Source of the DNA: Podarcis filfolensis
Lineage: Eukaryota
Strand: one strand, 5' to 3'
Assembly: GCA_964270895.1 (NCBI GenBank)
Contig: OZ185446.1
Length of the DNA: 64,000 bases
Part shown: one piece after another, positions 12,397-25,861 of the stretch
Layout of the letters: the number at the start of each line of letters is the position of its first letter
How positions within the stretch are numbered: the stretch's first letter is position 1
Made by a program: the position numbers and the translations under genes
The notes under the pieces: model-generated
Database searches by the model: none
What the model was told of the DNA's origin: nothing
The model's input: the letters and a program-made list of their open reading frames with translations, nothing else

Positions 12397-13661
12397 TATT
12401 CACCTTTCCTACAGTTTCCATCATCAGTCAGCATTCCTTTAGGTTTTCCCCATTCTACAGATATTTTGTATTTCTACATATCCCGGGATAACCCAGCATT
12501 TGCTAGTTCTATTCTTTTATGTGTCAGTGGTGTGGTTTAGCTACATAAGCATTGGGAAGACTCCATTCGGCTTTAATGTGTAGAAATTGACAGTGCTGCA
12601 ATGCTATTAGATATTATTGCCATCTCAGTGAGTTGTAACCAGTTGTACCCTTCTATGAATGGAGAGTCTAATACATGGAAGACTTTTTGGTCTAGTGGAA
12701 GCTTCCATTAATGGATGTATTTGATAATCTACCAGAAGTGTACACACATTATCCTAAAAAAAAGAAAACATTTGTGGCATGTAATTTGAAATCTTGACCA
12801 CCTTTCTCTCATCCCTTCTTCCCCTTTTCCTCCCCCAGGTCAAATATTATACATCCTGATCCTCTGTCACAAATTTCTCACTTTTGCTTTCTATAATTAG
12901 CTGAAGGATAGTGTTATCCATCATACCACAAAATGGAAGCTATTGCCATTTTTCAGAAGGGATCACTCTGTTCTTGAAATTTCAGAAGATCACCTTGATG
13001 CTGGGTCCTAGTCTGTCATTAGCCAGTCACACTCTGCTCAGAGGCAATCTTTGCCCTTAAGGTGCAAACACAAAAAAATACATTCAGAGTAGTCCTTAAC
13101 TTTCTAAGGGAATTGTCTTATTCCCTTGATAGATGTGGATTCTTTGATGTAAACTTCTAAAGGCCATTTTCAAAGTTTCACTGTAGCTCAGCAGCAGTGT
13201 ATTCTATTATTGATTATAAGGAAGTAATTTGGCTTTTGATACAGAGCTAGTATACCATATGGCATTCCACAATTACTGATTCTGTTGTTGTGTCTTGAAA
13301 ACAGAGCTTATTGTACTGAACAAACTATTTGAGTGTGGTGTAGGGCCAGGTAGCTATAAGCACTGCCCATTGGAAGTTATATATAGATTCATGAATTAGT
13401 CTACATGTATATTAGCATGATAAGGTCACTAGCATGCTGAACATTCTCATTACCTCATTTCACCCAGTTGCTGTAGTTAATGCCATTCAGCTGATACGAT
13501 GAAGATCTCCGCCTGGTGTTATATGAGGACAGCTAAGCCTTTTCCCTGCTCCCATTCTTTCCAAAAGAAATTTTTAAATTCATTATTTGTATGGCAGTAC
13601 AACAAAGATTCTTGCTACCTCTCTTTCCCTCTCTTTCCTGCAGATTTACAGTACAATTTGA

Positions 13662-13801
13662 TTCAGACCCTCCAAGTGTCCCTTTTCCCCAGGGACAGTC
13701 CTGGATTTTCAGAAGCTGTCCCACTTTCTGATTTGACCCTGGAATATCCCACTTTTCCTTAGGAAGACCCTATTTTTGTCAGAGAAATGTTGGAGGGTAT
13801 G
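13662..13801. mobile_element. MITE with (cata)ccctccaa...ttggagggtatg TIRs
   Basis: agaccctccaagtgtccc at the left, gaaatgttggagggtatg at the right. Confidence 0.55.
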
Positions 13802-13804
13802 GAG

Positions 13805-13950
13805 CTATCTGACCAGCCCTGTATAGGGAAGTTTTTAAATGTTTAATGTTTTATTATGTTTTATATATGTTGGAAGCTGCCCAGAGTGGCTAGGGTAACC
13901 CAGTCAGATGGCTGGGGTATCAATAATAAAATCAGTAGTAGTAGTAGTTC
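13805..13950 (+). mobile_element. L2-type LINE 3' end with trinucleotide tail
   Basis: ttggaagctgcccagagtggctagggtaacccagtcagatggctggggtatcaataataaa(tag)n; homologous to 39325, 47045 and 61355. Confidence 0.75.
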
Positions 13951-14379
13951 ATCCCTATTTTCATCAGAGAAATGTTGGAGGGTATGTTTAATTTACTCCA
14001 ACTACAAAAGTGTATCCAAGATATTCTGGAGGTCAACTACATGGCTTCACTGGTTGCATACCGCTGCTGGTTGAGACACTTGAAATTCTCTTGTGTGAAG
14101 CAGTCTGATAGATATAGTTGTTCTGGGGAATTGGCAGCTGGACGGGCACATCAATGGTTACAGAGATGCTGTGCTTGCCAGCAATGCATGTGATAACTGA
14201 AAAAGATGCTTCAATGATCATGTTGATTTCTTACTGGGAAGTGTCAGCTATAACCATGGACATACCAGATAAGACATTATTCTTTCTTTGTGATTGTATT
14301 TATGGGCCTGCTTGACAGGAAGGGAATTACTGATTATACTACATGCAGTGCTTACGGCCAGATGAGGAAAGCTGAAGTA

Positions 14380-14549
14380 CCCGTATTTTTCGCTCTATAA
14401 CACGCACCCGACCATAACACGCACGTAGTTTTTAGAGGAGGAAAATCCGTAGGCATGCCACCCGTAGGCATTCCCTCCATAACACGCACAGACATTTCCC
14501 CTTACTTTCTAGGAGGAAAAAAGTGAGTGTTATGGTGCAAAAAATACGG
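14380..14549 (+). mobile_element. MITE family B relative, short form without the hairpin
   Basis: TA-ccgtatttttcgctctataa...aaaaatacgg-TA. Confidence 0.85.
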
Positions 14550-15749
14550 TACTTTAAAATCAGCATACACACTCCAGGGTCATCTTGTGGAAGCACAAGC
14601 TAGAAATTGCCATGATCTGATTTGAAACAGCAGCAAGAAAAGTTAGTGCAGGCTGAAACAGTTATGCAAACCAAGCCTGAGACTCGAGTTATATTATATT
14701 ACAATAATATGCCACATACTGTTTAATTGAAAACTAGGACTTCAGCTGATTAATCAATGTAATTAGTCGACTAAACCTTTAATTGCATATTAAAATTTGT
14801 TTCTGATTAATCAGTGGAACTGATGGCAGATAAAAACTTGATGGAGACTCTTCCAAGTTGCAGGGAATGTGGCACTTTCTTCTTCCTTAAAGCGTATTTG
14901 ATAAAAAGAAAATAAATCTTTAAAATGGTTTTTTTAAGGCTAGCAGATAGTTTGTCTCTTAGGTTAAAAGCAGTAACTTCTGTTTTTAAAATAAAAAGCT
15001 TTCTTGCTACACAGCACTGAAGCTGACTGGGCTCAGAGGAAATTGGTGTCAGTAAGTAAATGTTGGCTAGCATAAAGATGCAAACAGTAGTTTTGTTGCA
15101 CAAGTAGGAAAAATGCCTCACTTCTATGGCTCTCGGTCTTCAGAATTAATTTCAATCTTTCAATTGATTACTTAGTTTAAAAGCCAATTAAAAGATTGAA
15201 CATATCTCATAAGTTTCAGAAACCATTGTGGTGCTAAACCTTTGTTAAAAGAGAGAGAGAAGTTGTGTATTGCAACGAATATCCAAAGAAGATATTTCAC
15301 AAGAACTCTGGAACCATAACTGATTCTAAAAGAATGAATGGGTGGGCCAGGGGAGGGAATGAAGTGCATTAGCTGTTTCATGCTATTACTCAGATGACTG
15401 AAATAAGTGGTCATAATATGTGACCTAGCAAGTGGCATTAGGTATTTTATTGCATACATCAGTTTGATCTTTAGATGGTTGTCAGGATTAGTTACAGAAC
15501 GCTGCAAGTGTTGCCTTACAAGTACACATAAGAATGCTTTTATGTCCCAGAAATTTTTAAAGAAACTAAATAGATTCGCTTTAAAAGAATATTGGGCTGC
15601 AATTCCATATACGGTACCAGAGCTTTCCACACTGTTTTGTCATGACACGTTAGTGTGTTGACTGCAGTGTTGTGGGAACTCTCCCCACACTGCTCCCAGG
15701 GCTGGAAAGGGGTAAGTTTAACCTCTGGTTTGCTAGTAAAACTGGATTA

Positions 15750-15975
15750 CAGGGGTACCTCGGGTTACATACGCTTCAGGTTACAGACTCCGCTAACCCA
15801 GAAATAGTGCTTCAGGTTAAGAACTTTGCTTCAGGATGAGAACAGAAATCGTGCTCTGGCGGCGCGGCAGCAGCAGGAGGCCCCATTAGCTAAAGTGGTG
15901 CTTCAGGTTAAGAACAGTTTCAGGTTAAGTACCGACCTCCGGAACGAGTTAAGTACTTAACCCGAGGTACCACTG
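15750..15975 (+). mobile_element. MITE family A
   Basis: TA TSD, TIRs, and close identity to 12171-12396. Confidence 0.93.
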
Positions 15976-16869
15976 TACTGTGTTGCGAAATGATGCATAT
16001 CTAAAAAGTGTGTCACCACTGTTACGGAAATGACGGGGGGGGTACATCTTTAAAGTTGTTACACTGTTACAAATATTATGCCTGAATGTATCCTTTCGAC
16101 TTGGCAGCTCAGGGAAGATACCTAGCTTTATAAATTCGTAGGAAATCCATACTTTAACCGACTCTCCTCATTCCAACGCTGTTTTAACCCTTAAAGAAAG
16201 GTGAATTTGGGCTCCAATTCCCTACATGAACCAAGAAGCAGGAAATCACTGCAGGCAGCAGGGACAGGGCATCCCGCCATAATTCCCCAAGCGTGAGAGC
16301 AGGTACATGGCACCCCACCCAGGGAGTGACCAAGGGGGCAACAATAGACATCCGCAGAGGCAGTTTAGCAAGTCAGGTGTTCTGAAAGCCCATCTCCAGA
16401 CAAGTTCTGAGAGCAAGGATATATAAAGACTTTTATTGTTCTTTTGGTGATGGGTACTTAAGAGGTGTTGGGAAAGGTGTCTGATAAAGTGACCTAATGT
16501 TGAACTTGTGTAACCCTTGTATACCCCTCCCCATTTGTGACATGCTAGTGATGAAATGATGATGGGTCAATGATGCTTCTCGAAGAGAATTCTGGGGGAA
16601 AAAGGGAAGTTTTAAAAGAGGATGTCACCCCATGCTCGGGGTTCATACTCCTGTGGGGACCTGTTGCGCAACAACAAAGATCGTGGTCTATTGACCACTG
16701 TTTTGCTCCAAATTACTTGGCTGGAACTTCCTTCTCTTACTGACTACATAGACTTGCACCCCAATGAACTGTTGAGTAGTCTCTCACCCTGGAAATTTTT
16801 CCATAACACAAACGTGGGAAATTTGGAAAGCTCTGTCATATGCAGTTCTAGGGAGCAAGCCCCACTGAC

Positions 16870-17025
16870 AGGGCCGTGCCAAGACATTTTGGCACCTGAG
16901 GTGGACCCCCAAAATGGCTCCCATTTCCCAGTTCAACATAGGAATCTGCTTTCCTGGTGGGTCCTGCTGCCTGAGGCAATTTCTTCACCTTGCCTTACCA
17001 TGTCTTATGGGTGGGTCGGCCTTGA
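16870..17025. mobile_element. hAT-like MITE
   Basis: cagggccgtgccaagacatttt... ending gtgggtcggccttg; TSD not verified. Confidence 0.45.
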
Positions 17026-17199
17026 ATAAAAATCTACATTGGAATCTGCTGCCCCTGTGGATTCTGCCACTTGAGGTGGTGGCCTCTCCTTGCCTCATGG
17101 GTGGGCCACCCCTTTTACTTTTGAGTAACCATGCATAGGATTGAATTGCTAATGTAACAGCTGGGAGTGCAACTGTTTACAACATAGTCCACAAAAACT

Positions 17200-17640
17200 C
17201 ATACGTAAAAACAAACCCACCACCATTGACAATTTATCAGAATTAAACTCCTATCCCCTTACATAAAGAAAATATAACATAAGAATAAAAGACTTCATTT
17301 ATCCTGTAAATAGCCTCCTTATTTACTTCTTGTGTACTGTTTCTTTTATATGTGATTATTACAATTTTTCCTAGTTATGACTTAAAAAACCACAAAGTCT
17401 CCTGTAGAAATTAATCAAAACAAATCCAGGGATATATTTTGGGGCAATGCTTGGTAAAGTATTCTCTGCATTTTCCCCATTCTTTTTGAAATTCTTGTCT
17501 GGGTTGCCCCCTAATTGTCTCTGTTAATCTGGCCAGTTCAGTATAATCTAATAATTTATCCTGCCATTCTTTTTTTGTTGGCACAAATTCTTTTTTCCAA
17601 TTTCTGGCAATTAAGGTCCTTGCTGCACCAGTATGCCACC
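17200..17640 (-). mobile_element. L1-type LINE fragment (ORF2 C-terminus and 3' UTR)
   Basis: Minus strand of 17521-17640 translates as GAARTLIARNWKKEFVPTKKEWQDKLLDYTELARLT, resembling the C-terminal region of non-mammalian L1 ORF2. Confidence 0.75.
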
Positions 17641-18923
17641 TTTATCTTTCAAGGATCACAAAGTGGTATACATGGAAGAGGAGGAGCGAGGTGGCAGAGA
17701 GGATGGCGCAGTGTAAATGCACCAGCAGAGCCAGTCTGGTGCATTTGGACTACACCAGTCTCCCTGCCTGCCACCTTGTCCCTCCCCTGTAAGCAGTAGT
17801 CACAGCTGTCAGGTGAGTGTCGCCACCCCTTCCCACTGTCTGCTACTGACAGCAATGCAGCTGAAAATTAAATCTCAGAGAAGGAATTGGAAATGAAAAC
17901 CAGCTTGCTTCTGGAACAGAATTAGGATTACCATAAGAAGTGTAGCACTCTGGTGGTGGTGGTGGTGGTGGGGATAGTTGTTATTAGTATACTTAGATGA
18001 AAAGCACATTAATGAAAGCAACATATTGTAGTGTCTACCGCCAGCAGAAAACACATGCACGGTTGAATTGGAGGGCTGTCAACCCCTTTTGATTTGTTGG
18101 GTGCATGATGTGCAGGATATCAGGCTGTAGGTTGTTCTATTGACTTTTCCCAGCAGGGGGATAAATCAGCTGGACTTTAATGGCACTGGGAATCATTTGG
18201 CTTCAGTGGCTCTGCACTGAAGGGGGAAAAAAGCAGATTGTAGAAGGATTAAATGGAGCTAAAACTCTTTGATTTGACTGTTAGTATTACAATCCCACAG
18301 GGAACAGACCAAATCCAATTTACAATACACAAGTGGCTTTTCCTTTTACTTAGTGTAAAGTTATAACAGTGTGTAGCAATTAGACTAAGCTGTGTGCAGT
18401 TTGTATATCCTTTTCAAATCGCAAATCTATCTCGAAACCTCAATCTATGTGGAACCATCAAAGTTCAGATAGATATATTTATAATTACTTTGATTGATTG
18501 ATTTCACATGGCTCTAGGATGTGAGCATATCTGTGTGCCTATCTATTCAAGCAATCACTCGTATTTTTTGACAGAGATAATGCACAGTACTTTTTGAAAT
18601 TTAAGGGATATTGAAATTGAGTGTTCTAGAATGCTTCACCTAGGACTAGGATCCATGTCTTCTCCTCAGTTTCCTTGAAACATCATGAATTTGTAAATTA
18701 TGAAATTCTGAATTTTCTTATTTTTTTTAAAAAATTGCCAGCTATGCAGAGCTACATGTGTTTCACTATTTTTTTTTCATTAGTTCACAGAAAGCATAAC
18801 TTTTTGTTAGCAGTTGGTTGTGCTGCCTTTGGTTTGCTATTCATCAGCAAACCAAAGGATGCTTGATTCAAATTAGATGCCTTTTTGTACATCTGTGTTA
18901 GTCAGATTCAGTACTCTAAGCTA

Positions 18924-18925
<2 letters not shown>

Positions 18926-18964
<39 letters not shown>
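18926..18964. repeat. (TG)n microsatellite
   Basis: Directly visible. Confidence 0.98.
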
Positions 18965-18966
<2 letters not shown>

Positions 18967-20404
18967 CTGAAATCAATTTATTCAGCAAAATTAATCTGGT
19001 TAGTAAAAACGCTGTTGGCAATGTACGTCATAATGACACATCCCAAAATGAAATGGCATGTTTTGGCTGAATTATATATGACTGCTGATTGTGTGCTCTT
19101 CGCTACCAGACATAATCATTAATTAATTTCCAAGTTTTTACTATAGTGCATCAATCATTTGGGGCAATTTATATGTCACACTATCTGTTAAATATTAAAC
19201 ATATCTTCCTGCCTTTGTTTATCCAGAAGTAGCTTATACTATAGAAATGGTTTTAAACACACACACACGTTTGTTCTATATGCATTCCATGTTAACACAA
19301 ATCTGTTGCTCTGGTATTTTGGGATGCTTAAGGCTTCAATCCTAGGTTTCCATGATTTTGAATAAGTTTCAGGGAACAACAATGGACTTGCTTTGGAGTA
19401 AGCATGAACAGGATTGCATTGCACTACAGTGGTTAAGCATCAATATTATATTCAAGTGGTAGGATTCAGTAGTATGCTAGTATTGGGTTTGTGAAATAGT
19501 ATGTTAATAGAATAGAGCTGAATGGGGGTGTTATGTGCATGTGTGTTGGGGGGAGGGCGTTTCCTAGGTGTCTTCTACAAATGCTGACCGTGGGGCGCTG
19601 AAGGGCAAGAGGTGGGGCTGCTTGGGGATTGTGGTTATAAATACTGTAGGGGGGTTAATATAATTGGGGTGGAAGCTGAGGGGGTTGTGGAGGCAAAGTT
19701 GGTTGGATGTGGATCATGGGGGAATCAGTAGAGGGTGAGGGGAAGGTTTTATCTCTTCCCTCTCTTCTGTTCCAGCCTCCCAGCCAGCCAGTGCTCTGGT
19801 TCTGTTCCTGACTGGGCCAATTCAGCCAAGGAAGCAGCTCCCCCTTGCACGCAGACCACCTTCATTTTCATGCCTCCTTCTCTTTCCTATTCCCCAGCTT
19901 CCCTTTGCACACACATACCTTGTTAGTACATTCACCCCTTTCTCCTACCTCTTCCTTTTCTCAAGTCCTCCTTCCACGTGATCGTCCCCGCATGCACATC
20001 TCTCCTATTTTGCAGCCGTCTTTGCACCCCCCATTATGTTATTTGCCACTGTATCTTTTTAGATGAACAGAATATTAAGAGCAATCCAGTCACTTAGCTT
20101 GTTGCATATTGTATTATTTATATGAGCCTGGCTCTGGGCATGGAGGGCGGGGTACAAATAAAAATTTATTATTATTATTATTGTTCAGTTAAAGAATGTT
20201 AAGTTCCGTTGATTGATGTTGTGCATATATGGATGTTTGCTGGTTAATAAAATACCTGAATATGGCATTTCATGTTGGAGATAATACATGGTACCAAGAG
20301 TGAAATACATTGTGTGAAGGTATTATAGAATATTTGAGGATTCCACATCCTATATTTATCTCACATGAGGCAGCTGAGGAATGGAAGAGGGTGAAGTTAG
20401 AGTA

Positions 20405-20630
20405 CAGTGGTACCTCTGGTTACATACTTAATTCGTTCCGGAGGTCTGTTCTTAACCTGAAGCTGTTCTTAACCTGAAGCACCACTTTAGCTAATGGGGC
20501 CTCCCGCTGCTGCTGTGCCGCTGCCACACAATTTCTGTTCTCATCCTGAAGCAAAGTTCTTAACCCGAGGTACTATTTCTGGGTTAGCGGAGTCTGTAAC
20601 CTGAAGCGTATGTAACCCGAGGTACTACTG
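20405..20630 (-). mobile_element. MITE family A
   Basis: Reverse-orientation copy with TA TSD. Confidence 0.93.
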
Positions 20631-23179
20631 TACAGTGCAAAGGTGTTAGTTTCTGTGTTGTACTCATACGTGCTATTTCTCCTTGTAACCCCTGTGTTCT
20701 TCCCTTTTGAGTCTATTCAACCCCTCCTATTGTTTTAAGCCACTACTTTCACCCTCAGTATTCCTCTCATCTCGTTCCCATATCACGGCCACTGCTGTTG
20801 TGCAGCCTGCCTTGTCTTCTGCTCCCCTACCCAGCTCTGACTTCATGCAAATCCAGGATTGTGATGAGGCACTACAAATCTTCCAATGCGGTCTGCATAA
20901 TGACACTCTTAATTTTTTTTATTATACATAAGAAATAGTTCAAGCATGCAAGCAAAGTTTACATAGAAATGCAAATGTGGGTGCCTTTATTTCACTTTAT
21001 CTCCTAGTAGTAGTAGTAGTAGTAGTTTGTAAACCCTTTTCTTTCAAATTCTTCATGGCTATGCACTCGATTTTTAATGTATGGAACTGGATTCCTCCTA
21101 GATTAGAGAATAGGCTCATGGTTATTGAATACCTTAAACAAATATACCAATAAATAGCTCTTAAATTTAAGCCCTGGTTAATAGAGCTAGGACAAATGTA
21201 TTTGATTGCAACTTGCTTTCTGTAGTGCTCAAACATGCATTTGAATATGTAATGGGGAAAGGAGAGGTGCTCTTGTGATCATAAATTACACCATAAATGC
21301 AGGGACTCTGCCATGCTGCAGTTGAACAGCTCTTAAAATGCAATGAGAAAAGCAGCAGATTGACAGAATTTAGATGGATTGGTTTGATGTAATTTCAGGG
21401 TGGCTGAGTTATTTTTCTGTGACAAGCTCTCTCATCCAAGTCTTTTGAAGAAAACTGATTCTTTGTCTACATGTCTCAGCCTGCTGTCTGTAGCAGATTG
21501 TGCATTGTTTCCCTGCATATTGTAGGAGTCTTCTTTTTCTGGACAAAATCAAATGATCACCTATGAAAAAGCTAACTGCCCTGAGGCTATATGTCCAATT
21601 GCTAGTGGCTTATTCAGCTTTGACACTTCTCAGTGTGATCCTTACTGGTTTTTGTAAAACAGGCCAGCAGGGGAAAGGCTCAGGAGACTTTATTCTATTC
21701 ATTTCTGTAATAGTTTTCATGCCACTGGAGGCTTAAGAAGATTTGTACTACCAGCTTTCTTTTCATTAGAAGAGACTGCAATGCTGTTGGGTAAGTTAAT
21801 GCATGTATGCCTTTGGTTTTTTTTTTAAAGGTGAGAATTATGAAATCTATAAAGTTCCTATATTGTGTTATTATTTTCATAATTATTATTGGCTTGTTTT
21901 TAAAATATTTTATTCTGACTGTATTTTAGCAAACGTAAGAGTTTAAGAACTGAGGCATTTTCATGTGTGTGGGCTAGAGAATTAGGAATCTTGACTGCTC
22001 TTTGAATGCAATATTATGCTTCGCTGATTTTTGGCAGAAGGATGTTTAAATTCCCCCTCTCTCCTTGCAAGCAATCCTGGTTATATTTTTATAGCATAGC
22101 TCTTGCCTTGGAATTTCATGTGTTTCCTTTTGCAACAAAGTGCAACAGTCTTGCAGAATTCACTTTGGACTGCACAATGCAGAAATGTGCCATACTTTGA
22201 TCAGTGCTAGATTGGCTTTTTGAGGGGGAGAGTGTCTACAGTTGCTTCGACTAGAATAAGCTGAGAAAGTAAGAGATAAGCTATGAAACTAGTTTTAGAG
22301 GCAAACTACACATTTCTGTTTTCACGAGACTCTCAAACACAAGTTTGTTTCCCTACTGAGATAAAAAGCAGCAGTTAGTTATCAAATTTGCAGTGTAAGA
22401 ACTTGCTTGAGGGTGAGGTCTAAGCAATTCCTTTCCTTCCTTTATAAAAATGTTTGTATACCACAGTTTCTTTTTAAAAAGTCCAAAGCGGTTTACATCT
22501 ATACAATACATGTGTACATCTGTACAATAAAACCACACAGAAATTAAAACAAATAACCTACTGACTATATATTCCCTGCAACATCATAATATTTAAGTGG
22601 GACTTGCTCTCTGATAACTGTGTATAGGATTGTAGCCTCAGCCTGCCCCTTTGACAGAATAGCTATCAGCATGGTTATTTGAATGTTAAATTCATCTAAG
22701 ATTTGCAGCAGCTTCGGTTCTGAATTGGCATAGGTACAATCTGATTCACAATATTGTTATGTATTTTGATTTAGTCAGTTTAGTGCCACTGGAATCAGTT
22801 GTTATAATGTGAGTTGCACAAGTGCACAACCATGCTCAAGAGATGCTCAGTATTTTTGAAAACCCAATTTGTTCCAATTGAACTTTTGCCTGGAAGGGTC
22901 CTGGAGGGCTGTGTCTTAGGCAGCTGAATGAGTAGAAAACTTTGTTTGGCCTATAGATTGGATTTGAAAGTATAAATATTAAAATAGAGGTAATAGTTGA
23001 TAGATGTGTTGCATGTTGCTTGTTACAGAAAGGAGGTTATCACAAGCAATAACTTTTCCAAAAGGCAGACACCATATATGTACTCTATAAACAGAAGCAA
23101 TGCCAGTGAAAATACACATTAAATTTTATTGTGAATTTTATACTTCCCATATTATACTTCCCATATTTGGGGTTATTGT

Positions 23180-23275
23180 TTCATAGAATCATGGAGTTAG
23201 AAGGTACCCCCAAAGAATCCCTGACAGATGTCCATCAAATTTCACCTTGAATGATGGAGAGTCCACCACCTTCCA
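23180..23275 (-). mobile_element. CR1 3' fragment
   Basis: tcatagaatcatggagttagaagg...ccctgacagatgtccatc...gagtccaccaccttcc is the reverse complement of the CR1 3' region. Confidence 0.6.
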
Positions 23276-23630
23276 GTTTGCATCAGCTGAGTGCTGCTAA
23301 GGAAATTGCAAAATCTGTAGAAGGTGAATTGTCTAGCTCTATTTTTGCATGCACGCCCATGTGCTCTTTTTACATTATCTTTAATACCATTTGCCCTGAG
23401 ACTGGAGAAGCAAGGGGAAGCATACTCTGCCCTCTGTCGCAAGTTAGAGTACTAAGGTGTTATCAGGTAGTTGAATCCCTCCTATCCAGAAAAGAACACC
23501 AGCAAATGAAAATCCGCCTCTCCGAACAGATATCAATGCTATTCACAATTTACCTCTTCGTTTTGCCATTAACAAACTGATTCATCTTCTCCACCTTTTC
23601 TTTCTTCCCCATGTGTATTTTGTCCTTATA

Positions 23631-23843
23631 CAGTCATACCTCAGGTTACAGCCGCTTCAGGTTGCATTTTTTCGGGTTGCAGACCACCAAAACCCGGAAG
23701 TACCGCAATGGGTTACTTCCGGGTTTCAGCGGTCATGCATGCACAGAAGCGCTAAATCGCGCTTTGTGCATGCGCAGATGCACAGACGCGGGTTGTGAAC
23801 ATGCATCCCGCCCAGATCACGTTTGCAACCCGAGCGTCCACTG
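23631..23843. mobile_element. Tc1/mariner-type MITE related to family A
   Basis: TA-cagtcatacctcaggtt...aacccgagcgtccactg-TA; internal inverted repeat aacccggaagta/tacttccgggtt. Confidence 0.8.
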
Positions 23844-23865
23844 TAGTTTGTAAACAAGACCAGGA

Positions 23866-23867
<2 letters not shown>

Positions 23868-23913
<46 letters not shown>

Positions 23914-23948
23914 CCCCCCTCCCTTTCTCTCTCACTGTGTGTGTGTGT
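23868..23948. repeat. (CT)n and (TG)n microsatellites
   Basis: Directly visible. Confidence 0.95.
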
Positions 23949-24094
23949 AATGTGAGTTGCTTTTGGAGACAATGGGGTAGACTAAGTTAGTTGAACTTGG
24001 GTCCTATTGAAATCAATGAGATGTTAGTCACAATAAAGTCCCACTGATCTCTTCTGACTTGAGCTGGACCCAACCGACACTGTAAAGCAGAACA

Positions 24095-24095
<1 letters not shown>

Positions 24096-24139
<44 letters not shown>
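24096..24139. repeat. (AAT)n microsatellite
   Basis: Directly visible. Confidence 0.98.
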
Positions 24140-24140
<1 letters not shown>

Positions 24141-24439
24141 CTAAGCAAAATGTATATTATTTTTCCTGGCTGTTTCTAAATAGTCAGGTAGATTTGATGA
24201 ATTCCAGACTTGGATCCGTTGCCTAGCGAAACAACAATGGTTGATGATGCATATGAATGCAGCACTCTGGGCCTAAAATTAACAGCCATTCCTCTTGCTC
24301 TCCCAGCCCAGCAGAGGAGCACAAGAGAGCTCCCCACTTCTGTGATTATGGGCTGTGAATGATATAATCAACATGCACTGACAGTACACATCCCTGTCCA
24401 AGCCAAGTGATGCCTGTTGCAGGGGAAAAAGTTGCTGAA

Positions 24440-24625
24440 AAAGTTTAAAAACAGGGATGCAGAAAAGGGAGATATGGGGAAGTCGTTGAAATAAGGTTTA
24501 AGAAAAAGAGGTTATGAAATTATATGTGTTTATATGTTTGTTTGTTCATGTATTGTTAGTTGTAGTGTGTCTTAATTCATGTTAGAAAATCAATAAAAAT
24601 TTATTAAAAAAAAGAAAGAAAAGAT
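24440..24625 (+). mobile_element. L1-like 3' UTR with poly(A) signal and A-rich tail
   Basis: ...gaaaatcaataaaaatttattaaaaaaaagaaagaaaaga. Confidence 0.5.
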
Positions 24626-25480
24626 GTTTATTACAGATGGGTGGGAAAAGGAATTCAGTTACCAGCTAATCAAGTGTGGTGCAGCATATAAACATAAATT
24701 CATGGGTACATTTAACCTAATACATTTACAACCCTAAATAAAATAAGTTCTTAAAAGAGTAAAAATATTACCATGCTAACGATATGGATGAAAAAGGGTG
24801 GAGCGTCCCCACTTGACATGAAACTCCAGAAGGCAGAAAGGAGATTTAAAGTATGTCTCAAATTTCAGTGGCGCCCTGTGCAACACCAAAATTTGCTCCC
24901 TCCCCCCCCGCTTTTAGCATTCCATTTTAATCATAGTTGCAGAGGCTCCTGTGGCACCCCCAAGGCTCAGCGCCCAATGTGACCAAACCATTTGAGCTCC
25001 CCAAAATCAGCCACTGCTGGAAGTGAGGTTAAGATTAAGTAAGAAGGAGAAACTATGGTTTTCTCCACCCTTTTAGAGGTTAGGTGGGGTCTCCTTACTA
25101 AAAGTTGGAAATTAGAGTGGGCTTAATGATTGTAATCGTGTCTCAGCCATGTTTTCTGCTGGGGTCTGGTTATCAGGAAGTATGGTATAAATGGTATTGT
25201 TCTGTTTGACCAGGTGTATCAAAACTTGATCTGCAACATAGTTGAGTTTCGAATCGGGTAAGAGAGAATCCTACTTCCTGAGGTGACTAGATTACTTGCT
25301 GAGAGGACTTGGCCCAGGCAAACATGATTTTTGCCAATCATTGCCCATCTCTGTTTTGCTACTATATATCAAAGTAAGGACTCAAACACAATGTGAAGGT
25401 AAAAAGTTGAAGGAATTGTGTTTCCCAGCATGCACTGGTTGTACCAGCTTCCCAATTCAGTATACAGAATCGAATACTAG

Positions 25481-25861
25481 TAAAGGCAAACGGTAAAGGA
25501 CCCATGGACAGTTAAGTCCAGTCAAAAGTGACTGTGGGGTGCGGCGCTCATCTTGCTTTTCAGGCCGAGGGAGCTGGTGTTTGCCCACTGTCCGCTTTCT
25601 GGGCCATGTGGCCAGCATGACTAAACTGCTACTGGCACAAGGAGGACAGTGACGAGTGCCAGAGCCCACGGAAATACCGTTTACCTTCCTGCCACGTTGG
25701 TACCTTTTTATCTACTTCACTGGTGTGATTTCGAACTGCTAAACTGGCAGGAGCTGGGACAGAACAAAGGAGCTCACCCCGTGGCATTGATTTGAACCAC
25801 CGGCCTTCTGATTGACAAGTCCAAGAGGCTCAATGGTTTAGACCACAGCACCACCTTATCA
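25481..25861 (-). mobile_element. Sauria SINE (more diverged copy)
   Basis: Homologous to 8171 and 55759; flanking direct repeat aatactag at 25473-25480 and 25862-25869. Confidence 0.88.
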
